From NCBI GenBank assembly GCA_001179505.1, contig CDMY01000780.1:1-20604 (forward strand): DNA of 20,604 bases, in the 5' to 3' direction. Every line of letters starts with the position of its first letter. Positions within the stretch are counted from its first letter, which is position 1. The notes beneath the pieces are model-generated. The model was not told the origin of the DNA. It made no database searches and worked only from the letters and a program-made list of their open reading frames with translations. The position numbers and the translations under genes are program-made. Below, piece after piece: positions 10,501 to 20,279 of this stretch. The stretch comes from Vitrella brassicaformis CCMP3155. Taxonomy: Eukaryota; Protista; Chromerida.

Positions 10501-12118
10501 TGTAGCCGCTTGGTGGATGGTGTGTGTGGTTGGGGGGATGGGCGAGGTGGGGGAGGTCGGGGAGGCCAGTGCGGGGAGGGGCTCGGGGGCAGGCTGTGGC
10601 AGGCTGCTCGGCGGTGCTGGCTGCACACACAGATGGCCGAGGGACACGCAGAGGAATGGATGGAGAGAGAACAGGTGACTGCCCCCCTCCCTCCCTCCAA
10701 CCTGTTCGTTAACAGCCGCACCGTCCATAGCAGCAGCAGCAGCAGCATCGAGGTCCTCCCTGCTCATGAAGACCGTGTCGTCGTCGTCGGTAGCGTCGCT
10801 CCTTCTGCGGTCCTTGCCTGTCAGCGGCTGCTGCGAGGCGTCTGGTAGATTGATGTAGATGTGCTTGATTGGGATGAGGATGGCCGTCATGGTGAAGAGG
10901 AAGAACGACTGGATGCCGATCGACCACCTCCAGTTGAGGCCGGAACTCACAACCGCCTCAACCAGCACGTACCCCAGCTGTGCGTGGGACAGACAGAGAG
11001 GGAGGGAAGAGGGTGATGGGTGGCTTTTTCCTCGGCTCGGCTCTTACCGCGACACCAAACACAGCCGTCGCTTGATTCAGACCCTGCACACAGTGACAGA
11101 CAGGAAGGAAGCAGAGCAACAACTAACCCATCGGCGAACAATGAACACACACACAAACATCCCCCCACCCACCGGCCCACCTGCCACAGCGTGACCATCC
11201 TGAGCGGCGAGAACTCCTCGATCCACACAGTCGCGTAAATGATATAGCACGCCTGCGTGACGCCGATCAGGAACCGCGACGCATACAGCAGCCTCGCAGC
11301 GTCCTCCCTGGTGCCGATCTTGGCTCCCGGGCCGTCGTCGCCACCCACCCCTCCGATCCCAGACATGGCCAGCATGAGGCAGGACAGCGAGTTGAGGCCG
11401 AGGGAGATGGTCAGAATGAGCTTCTGCCGCCGATACTGCAGCAATCGGGACGCAATGAGGGAGCCGACGGCAAGGCCGAGAAAGGGAAGGGCGCCGATCC
11501 AGCCTGTTTGGTTAGGTGGTTTGGTGGAGCGGAGGGAAGAGACAGTGCGAGGCGGAAAATGAATGCGTCTGTGAGTGTGTGTGTGTGTGATGTACCTACC
11601 TTGCTCGTAACCGTCGAGTGTGAATTCTTCAGCAATCGACGGCAGCACGGCGGCGATGGCGCCGTTGTCATAGTTGACCCACAGACCTGCACCACACGCA
11701 CCAACCAGTCCACACACACACACACGAGCCACACCTGCCTGCCCACGCACCAACAGTGAAGAAGACAAGAAACACCACAAGGATGACCCTGACACACACA
11801 GACACACACACACACAGACAGACAGACAGACAGACAGACAGATACACAGACAGACATGACGTCCAGTCCTTCAGTGCCTCAGCCCCTTAAGTCCACCCGG
11901 CTCGCTCACCTTTTGTTATCCCTCGGGTGTGGTGATGAGGCCTCAGCGGCGGTAAGGGAGGCGAGGTTCGATACGGTGATCTGGAGGCTGCCCTTGTCTG
12001 TGTTGCCGTCGGAGGCCGTCGTCCGCGGCGTGTGCGTTACAGGGTGAGGCAATGAGGGCGTTTCCCACCTGCGGAAGAGGGCAGGATCACTGTCCTCCGT
12101 CGGCGGAGGCGAAGCCAT
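7568..12118 (-). CDS. Major facilitator superfamily transporter, Spinster-like, 16 exons, 1043 aa
   Basis: Exons 12118-11910, 11788-11751, 11686-11600, 11503-11181, 11083-11048, 10977-10702, 10620-10283, 10174-9877, 9770-9249, 9153-8933, 8847-8789, 8721-8503, 8410-8315, 8208-8119, 8002-7947, 7831-7568; GT-AG, phase-consistent (3132 nt). Motifs VNYDNGAIAAVLPSI, ASRFLIGVTQA, TVWIEEFSP, GIQYWAKVY, GVVLGGVLVDRLGGY, QSVPPYLRPCAASIS fit a 12-TM Spinster-like MFS. Confidence 0.9.
11791..11855. repeat. (CA)n/(ACAG)n compound microsatellite in MFS intron 1
   Basis: gacacacaca...cagacagacagacagacagacaga; representative of many intronic microsatellites in the window. Confidence 0.9.
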
Positions 12119-12255
12119 GTTGTAAGAAGCAAACGACGCGAAGATTCGCAATTGTAAGCTCGCAGTGGGAATTCGATCGGTTTTTGCTTGTGATGAAGGT
12201 GGGGTGAGATGACGCAGGGAATGACTCGAGATCTGCACAGGCAGTGTTGAAAGCG
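12119..12255. promoter_or_regulatory. Putative bidirectional promoter between the MFS transporter and the EDEM-like gene
   Basis: Divergent ATGs at 12118 (-) and 12256 (+), 137 bp between them (161 bp if the ATG at 12280 is used). Confidence 0.5.
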
Positions 12256-15200
12256 ATGACTGCCGAGTCGCCCGGATGGATGCACGACACATGGAGATGG
12301 CCGAGGGCGCTCGTATTGCTGCTTGCTGTGGTCGTGATGATCTGCCCGGCCGTCTCGCAGATGATGTCTGCAGAGTCATCGAGGTGAGACGAGCGAAATG
12401 AATCATATCACATCACTATGGCTAACGTGCATTTCTAATGTGTTTGTCACTGCGTGTGTGTTGTCTGTGCTGCAGGTTGTTGATAGAAGACATGTACCGC
12501 CACGCGTGGACGTCTTACGTGGAGCATGCCTTCCCTGCCGACGAACTGCAACCCGTCGCGTGAGTGAGCCATCGACAGTCAGACAGTCAGACAGACAGAC
12601 GTCCATGCGCCGCTTATTCCCTTCCCTCTCTCTCTCTGGTCAGGTGCATTCCCCGTCTGCACCGCACTCGGGGCGCGATGGACTCGATCATCGCCAATGT
12701 GTCGCTCACGGCCGTCGACGCACTCGACTCGCTGCTGGTAGCTGATGTCTTGTCTGTGCCTGTTGGCCTGGATGTATTCTTGTGTGTGTGTGTGTGTGTC
12801 AGATTTTCGGCTATGAGGATGACTTCAGGCGAGTGGTGCAGCACATCATCGCCAACGTCACATTCGATAAGGTCAGATCGGCCAAACACGACAGCAACCA
12901 TACACCCATCATCACACGGTCTGCTGTTCCTTCGTGTGTGTGTCTACGTGTGTGTGTGGGTGAAGGATTTGGAGGTGTCCACATTTGAGATGAACATTCG
13001 TGTGCTGGGTGGGCTCATATCGGGACACCTGCTGGCACTGGCATCTCCCAAGCTGCTGCCCGAGTACAAGGTCCATCCATCGCACGCACTCTCTCTCTCT
13101 CTCTGTGCACGGAATGGATGTGTGTATGTGTGAATCGCAAAGGGCGAGCTGCTGGTGTTGGCTGAAGATTTGGGTCATCGGCTGGCCAGGGCGTTCGAGT
13201 CGCCAACCGGCATCCCTTTCACACGGGTCGGTGGGTGGGGTGGGTGAGGGGGTCATGTGCATCACAAATAAGCCAGCATGTCAACGCGCAGGAGCAGACG
13301 TTAGAATTCTCTTGTCTGCTGTCCGGCACGTGTGTGATCGAGTGTGTGCAGGTGAACTTGCGTCGAGGCGTGTCGCGCAACGCCCCCCGGCGGACGTCGG
13401 TGGCCGAGGCGGGGACGTACCTGATGGAGTTCGGGATGCTCACGGCACTCACCGGCAACCAAACATTCTACGTGACCGACCGAGGGCGGGATGCACACTC
13501 ACTCACTCACTCACTCACCGACCACCCTTCCTTCCTTCCTTGATGCGTGTGCAATTCTCTCTTTGTCTTTGTGTGTGTGGATGTGTGGATGTGCAGATGT
13601 TGGCAAAGCAGTCGTCCATCGCGATATTCTACAGACGGTGGGTGTGTCAAGTCGAGACGAGGGGAAAACATCTCACTCACTCACTGGTTGTGCATTGTCA
13701 TTGTGTTGTTTGTTGTGATCTGGTCCCCCTCCCCTCCGCTCCTCTCCCCTCCCCTCGCCCAGGTCGTCGTTGGGTTTGGTGGGGAGTGTGGTTGACGTCA
13801 CCAGCGGTGCCGTCATGGACGGCACCTCCACCATCGGACCGAACTGCGACTCTTTCTACGAGTCAGTCAGTCGGGCAGACAGGCACCTGACCTACCTGCA
13901 CGTGACCTCGCCCATGCGTGTGTGTGCTGCTGCTTTGCCAGGTATTTGCTCAAAGCTTACTTTCTCTTCGATGATCGAGAGCTTTATGACATGTTCCAGC
14001 CGGTCTGGGATGGGATACACACAACCATCCAATGTCTCTCGTCATGCAGATGTCGTGTGTGAATGGTTCGTTGTCGATGTGTGTTCAGTTGGCCGAGGCC
14101 ATCGACCGGCACCACCGCTTCGAGGGTTTCTACTTCAGCACCGACGCCTACAGGGGCACGTGGCTGCACCAGCAGGTCTCGCCACTCGCCGCCTTCTGGG
14201 GAGGCACACAGGTCCCCACTCACAGACAACACGCAGCCCAACCAATCGGACACTCACCATCCATCCGTCAAGTGTGTAGTGTGTTGTGTCTACCAGGTCT
14301 CGTTGGGTGATCTGTTGGGTGCGTCGGCCACTGCCCACTACTGGTATGCCCTCTGGCGCATCCACGGGGCTCTCCCAGAAGGTAACCAACCCCTCCCTCC
14401 CTCCCCCTCTCTCCCGATTCACGTCTTGTGTTGTGTGATTCTCCCTGCACAGGGTTCGACGTGGAGTCTCTGCGCGCCCTGACCCACCTGCGGGACTCGC
14501 CCCTGCGCCCCGAGCTGTACGAGACCAACTACTACGTCTACCAGGCCACCAAGCTGCCCATACACATGACCATGGCGGAGGAGTACGCCGCCCAGATCAA
14601 CAACAGGAGCAGAGTGGCGTGCGGCTTCGCGTCGATCAAAGGTCACGTGGGGCAGAGGGGGGAGGGGCGAGGGGGGTGAGCGTATCGTGTGTTGCTTTGT
14701 GTGTGGTGTGTGGTCTGTGGTGTGTATGTTGTTGGTTGTAGATGTGAGGAAGGAGGGGTCTCATGATGAGAGGATGGACAGGTGGGGGGGTGGGTGGCCT
14801 GCATGCTTGGAGGAAACATGTGTGTGTGCGTCTGTCTCTCCGCCTGTTTATCGTTGTCCAGCTACTTCCTGAGCGAGACCCTCGTTTACCTCTACCTCAC
14901 CGTCACGCCACCAGCCGTCATCGACCAACGGGTACACACACACACACACACACAGAGGAGATGGACCAGCCTCCCTTCCCTCCCATACATGCAGCTGCCC
15001 TTCCCCCTGGCGCACACCGTCTTCACGACGGAAGGCCACCTCTTCCCCGCACCACGACTCATCCCGCACCTGCTGCCAAACGGCACCGCACGCTTCAGCA
15101 CCACCAACAGCAGCAGGGCCGACAACCACACAGACGGTGGTGGTGGTGGTGAGTATGGCCGTGGCGAGCAGCAGGTGCATCCGATGGGCTTCCACAAGTT

Positions 15201-17506
15201 CATTGTCAACCTGCCACCGGCCCTCGTCGAGACAAGACCCGTCGACAAGTCAGTCAGGAACCACACACACAGAGAAGAAAGGAATCCACACACGGAAACA
15301 AGCGTGTGTGTGCGTGTTGTATACTTAGGTGTCCGAGAGTGTCATTCCTGGACCACGAGTCATCCGCCGCCCGCAACGACGTCGTGTGGGTCCCCCGCGC
15401 GCCCACCTCCGCCCTGTCCCGCACCACGCACACCAAGTGCCACCACGAGATGGCCTTCGCGACGGTCGTCATCCGCCCTCCAGTGCCGCTGGACGGACCC
15501 AACGACTTCGCTGACGACCCCTCGTCGCCAGCCCCCTTTGCCCTTCACGTCAAGGGCACCGCCACGAGTGGCTTCACCGGCGCGGTGCCGCCCTTCCCGG
15601 TGTCACAGATGTATCACGTCAGCGGCAACCATCGCGTGTTCTGCCCGTTTTACCCCAACCCGCCACTGCGAAAAGCGAGGGAGGTGCGTGGGAGTGGGGT
15701 CGGCGACGGGGCGTGCGCGTGCCGCTGGTGCGCCTGCAATGGGGAGCAGGATGGTGGGGAGGAGGACGGGGAGGGGGAGAGCTGCCACGTCAACGAGACG
15801 CTCCCATCCCATGAACTGGTGGCTTCATGCGGCCACCGGCTGATCGACGGAGATAGGTTGGTGCTGTGGGACGGTGGTACTGGTGGAGGGTGTGTGGGGT
15901 GCTACTGCTGCCGACACGGCGGCGCGACCAGGGGCTCTGCGCGGTGCCAGTGCGAAAACGGCCTGGTGGCGCCGATGTGCCACTGCCGATGCCTCAATCG
16001 GACTGAGAGTGACGCTGACGCCATGGCGGTGTGCGGCGACACCGGCGAGATCCGCTCTGTCCCCCTCACCTCCCTCGCCCATCTGGAGGTGCCCCTGCTG
16101 CCTGGCGTGCCGTCCTTTCTGCTCGACCGACGGGGCCCGATGATGAAAGGCGGAGACCATCGATCACAGCACCACCAACACCACCACCACCACAGGCACC
16201 GACAAGAGCCATCAAGCCCAGACCAAGGGCAGGAGGAGCACGGCAGTAGCTACCGGTCGTGGATGGGCAGCCTGCAGCACCGGTTCGCCTACTGCTTCGA
16301 GCCGCCCGACGTCTTTGACTGGTTCACCTGGACCATCACCGGCACCTGGCGGCGGGACCCGCGACACAACAACCACCATGGCGATCGTGGCGACGGCTAT
16401 GATGACACCTCTCCAGTCTATTCGGCCGACGAGATCGAGGCCGTCGACTGGCGGCTGTCGGTGAGGGCGGCGCAGATGTGTCTTGCGAATGCGACCAGGG
16501 GAGGTGACGGTGGGGGGCTGTGGCGTGGGGTGAGGGTGGGGAGTGTGTCTCAGCTGCCGCCTGACCACACGCAGGGCGACGAGGGGCTGTCGATTGTCAG
16601 AGGCAGGCGCTCCATCAACACGTCAAGGTGAGTAGTGAGAAAAAGCCAGACATACCTGTGACGCCCATTGGGTATCTGTCTGTCTGTGTGCAGGCGGCGC
16701 GTGACGCCCGGCAAGGGCATGGGCGAGTTCCGTTTTGACAGCCCCAGCGAGGCGACACTTGCCTTTGGGCGGCCTGTGGTGATTGCTGACCCGTCTGAAG
16801 CATGCACGCCCCTGCAGACGACCGACGATCGGCCGTTTGCCTACCTGAACAAGGTAGGTCTGTCATACCGAGAGAGAGGGCCCTTCAATTGTGCATTGAT
16901 TGTGTCATGACTTACTTGGTGTGTGTGCACAGGTAGTGTTGATAGAGCGTGGCTCATGTCTGTTTGTCGATAAGATCAGCGCGGCGGAGGACGCCGGCGC
17001 CGCTGCTGTGCTCATTGTCAACTACCCTCACAGAAAAGGCAAGCCAGCCACGCTGCCCACACACACAACCACACAGGGAGGGCCACAGAGGGAGAGGGAG
17101 AGGGCTGGGGTTCCATCCACTGCTGTCTGTGGGCGGACGTATGTGTGTGTGCAGCTCAAGTGATGACGGGCCCCGCGGCCCAGCCGGGTGTGAGCGGCCC
17201 ACAGGTGCACATCCCCGCGATCATGATCTCTGCCGAAGATGGCGACACTATACGGTCAGCCAGGCACACAGGCACTCACAGACAGACAGACAGACAGACA
17301 GACAGAAGCTGTCCACCATCCCCCTCATTATCCCTCGTGGCCGTATGTCTGTCTGTATGTGTGTGTGCAGGGAGCTGGTGTCATCTCTTGGTGACTTCAT
17401 CTCTGTCCACCTGTATGCGCCGCCCAGGCAGACGTCACACATACTCGGGCAGCGCAGGAGGGCCGTGCGCAGACGACACGCGGCACGATCAGCAGCCAAC
17501 GCCTGA
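12256..17506 (+). CDS. EDEM: ER degradation-enhancing alpha-1,2-mannosidase-like protein (GH47 + PA domain, EDEM3-like), 21 exons, ~1148 aa
   Basis: Exons 12256-12383, 12476-12559, 12644-12737, 12803-12871, 12966-13070, 13143-13226, 13352-13471, 13597-13637, 13763-13861, 13942-14002, 14089-14211, 14297-14381, 14453-14641, 14742-14781, 14862-14931, 14995-15248, 15329-16627, 16694-16853, 16933-17038, 17155-17254, 17371-17506. Signal peptide; GH47 motifs HAFPADELQP, AVDALDSLL, STFEMNIRVLGGLISGH, DSFYEYLLK, LRPELYE, MDSYFLSETL, FTTEGH; PA motifs VLIERGSCLFVDKISAAEDAGA and IPAIMISAEDG. The last exon and the internal structure of exon 17 are less certain. Confidence 0.92.
17039..17154 (+). other. 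Non-canonical GC-AG intron in the PA domain of the EDEM-like gene
   Basis: Donor AAG|GCAAGC. Among nearby donor candidates only this phase-1 site joins YPHRK to AQVMTGP...IPAIMISAEDG; phase-0 GT sites run into CTC AAG TGA. Confidence 0.75.
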
Positions 17507-17926
17507 CGACGAGCGCAGCGTGTTGGGTCGCTGTGCTGTCTGTACGTGCTGCCGATCGGCTGTGTACCAGTATATTGAAATTCTTGCCTTCCGCTGCGTA
17601 TGAATCAGCGGCGACGCACGAAATGGTGGCGGGTGACGTGATCCCCGCTCACCCTCCCGTGATCCGGCGCTACGTGATGCGCAACAAAAGGGATGGATGG
17701 ATGGATGGATGGACGCAAGAGTGAGATACGTGTTGTGTGCGTGTGGATGTGCGTGGTGGACTGACTGAATCTCTTCAAACCGACCGACACACAGAAAGTC
17801 CGTATGTACAGTACGAACATGCTCCTTACTGCGCTGCACAGATCAGATCTGTCCAACCCATCCCCCCTCCCCCCCATGTTTCCCCTTTGCTTCTGCTGTT
17901 CTAACGGGTTGAGAACTATCACCTTG

Positions 17927-18376
17927 CTACGGCAGTATCACTCCCGACCTGTGTCTGATCTCAGCGTCCCCCACCTCCCCCACAAAGAAGTGCCGCTGCT
18001 CCAGTGCATCTACCCTGCTGCCGCTCTCCTCCATCGACACACACATCACCGGCCGCATCGCCGCGCCCTTGACGCACAGCAGCACCGCCCCGACAGCCAG
18101 AATGACGCATACGGCCAGCATGGCGTCGAGCATGACGGCGTGGTCGTTGAAGGGCCCCTGCTCGTACTTCTTGCCCTTCGGCAGCAGCGTCAGTATCAGG
18201 ATGAGCAGCCCGTTGAGCAAAAGGCCGGCGAGGAACACATGCGGCAGCTTCTCGCTGAAGGAGAAGGCCAGGCAGCAGAGCAGGCTCAGAAACACCACAA
18301 ACAGGATGACGAAGAGGCCGGTGCCGACGCCCAGCACACGCGCTGAAGCTGCAGACGCCGCCAAGAGCAACATCAT
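17927..18376 (-). CDS. TMEM218: TMEM218-like small three-TM ciliary transition-zone membrane protein, ~149 aa
   Basis: VLGVGTGLFVILFV resembles the TMEM218 N-terminal VLGVGAGVF motif; second TM ends LTLLP (LLLFP in TMEM218); a loop Asp precedes TM3 and MRPVMCVSM matches the post-TM3 xPIYxxxL position. Recognised from memory of the family, not by search. C-terminus could be spliced differently. Confidence 0.72.
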   Translation of the reverse strand: MMLLLAASAASARVLGVGTGLFVILFVVFLSLLCCLAFSFSEKLPHVFLAGLLLNGLLILILTLLPKGKKYEQGPFNDHAVMLDAMLAVCVILAVGAVLLCVKGAAMRPVMCVSMEESGSRVDALEQRHFFVGEVGDAEIRHRSGVILP

Positions 18377-18764
18377 CTTGTGAAATCCGAGACGTGCCGC
18401 GGCTGGAAAAGAAACAAAGCGGCCAGGAGATCTGCAGATCTGGCCAGCTAACCAACGATGGCACCAGAGATCTCTCCAGATTTCATCGCATTCATAGTCG
18501 TGTCGGCGGTGTCGCTCAGAATCACACACACACACACACACGCACAAGTCACGCACTAGCAGCTGCATTGGATGCCCAAATATCTCGCTGGACGCACCCA
18601 AATCCGATTCGACTCGCTGCTGTCGTGTCCAGCCCCCGCATGACATGACCCCGATCACCTCATCTATCCCATGCATCAATCATCTCATCAACCATCCGTA
18701 CCTACCGTACACGCGCGCCCTACTATCCTATCCGCCATCCATCCATTCAGCCCCACAGTTGCTG

Positions 18765-20279
18765 CTAAGGCAGGTGCAGCCTGACGTGGTACATCTTGCC
18801 CCAGTTCTTGCCCGTCACCAGCACCTCCCCTCGCCGCTCGTCCACCGTGGCGATGCCATTGAAGCTGCCGTCTGTCCGCCGCCGGTGAGGCGCCAAAGGA
18901 AGACAGGAAAAGTCCCAGAACGACAACACTCGGCCGGTCGATGGATCGATCTGTAAGATCCACTTGGTGTACCACACGTTTGCCAGCAGAGACCCGCGGA
19001 ACCACTCAAGCTCATTGATCATCCTGCAGACAGACAGCGAAAAGGAAGGGCATCAGGCCGCTTGGTCGTCTGTCCCTTCGGCCGTTAAGTCATTCCTGAG
19101 CCAAATGAACCGTGTGCTCACGTGATGGGTTTGCTGTCTTTGTCTCGGACATTGATGGACTTGACGACGCGAGCGGGCCGGCCTTGGTCGTTTCCATGGA
19201 CGAGAGAGGAGTCCCAGAAGTCGAGCTGGCTGGAGCCGTCAGACACAATCAGGTGACGACTGTCGGTCGTGATGCCCCAACCTACACACACTCATGGATA
19301 GAGAAACAGACGGCTGGCAGGCAGGCAGGCAGGCACATCGATGCACCTCCCCCTTCCCCTCCCCGCCAATGTTGCTCACCCTCGCCTGTGGTCGTTTCGA
19401 AGGAGATCTTGTGGAGAGGCCTCAGCTCTTTGTCCCAGACGATCGCCTGCTGCTCCTTCCACGTCAGCTGCACCAACCTATCTCCCACAGCACAAATGCC
19501 CTCGCCGAAGTAACGCGGTGGCAAACGCCGCTCCATCACTTCTGGGCCCAATAACGATTCTGAAGGCCGGTCGTCGTCGATAACGGCGACGGACCTCCTG
19601 CCGCTTTCGGAGCTCGAGAGGGGTATAGGGGCGGTGTGGTGGTTTTGGTCACCAGCCAGAGAGACCGATGGCCGGAGAGCCGACAGGATGTTCATCCAGC
19701 TGGTGGGCCGCATCTCTGATGGTGAGGGGAGAGGCCCGGCTGGCGCATCTTTGGTGAGCCTCCGGGCAGTGATACGGCTCCTTCCCCACATACCTACGCA
19801 CACACCGAGGCACAGACAAGACGACTGAATGAGTGAATGAAGGCCCCCCACCCCACCCGTTGTTGTGTGTGGACCGGACCTGTGCTCTCGTAGAGCTTCC
19901 CGTCGAGCGTACACAGCCCCTGGGTGAAGTCCCTGGGGTTGTGCTCACACACGCCCAACACCTCAAAGCCACACGGCTCCGGCAGGTGCACCTCATCCAC
20001 GTCACCGTCCACCGTCTCCATACTCCTCACTCGAGGCCTCTCTTGGGTGGCGGCCTTCGCAGACATCACAGAAAGGAGCGGCAACGCAGCAAGGGGCACA
20101 AAGTGGCGCCGCGGGACGGTGCGGCGCGGTCCGCCTTGGGTGCGGGGAAGGGAGAACAGGCGCTTGGGGTAGTGAGAGGCGCATCGGTCGGTGGAGAGGC
20201 GGATGAAGGAGAGGGCAACTGACGGCACTCTGAATGCATGCAGCAAAGCTGGTAGAGCCAGCATGTGGGCGACAAACAT
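18765..20279 (-). CDS. QC: Glutaminyl-peptide cyclotransferase, plant/bacterial (type II, beta-propeller) family, 4 exons, 410 aa
   Basis: Exons 20279-19880, 19793-19380, 19281-19122, 19023-18765; GT-AG, phase-consistent (1233 nt). Family motifs FTQGL, LYESTG, YFGEGI, QLTW, EGWGIT, SDGS, INELE, ANVW, FNGIA, TGKNW all present. The start could extend upstream via an intron at about 20307-20378. Confidence 0.93.

Noticed and set aside
9899-10678. 259-aa plus-strand ORF
   Set aside because: Antisense to low-complexity MFS loop exons.
18377-18679. In-frame 101-aa N-terminal extension of the TMEM218-like ORF
   Set aside because: It crosses a (TG)n tract and a strong acceptor at 18403-18404, so it is more likely a 5'-UTR intron; homology begins after 18376.
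2483-20279. Apparent cluster of secretory-pathway modification genes (GAA1, EDEM, QC)
   Set aside because: Different pathways, mixed orientation, and such genes are common, so there is no evidence of a functional cluster.
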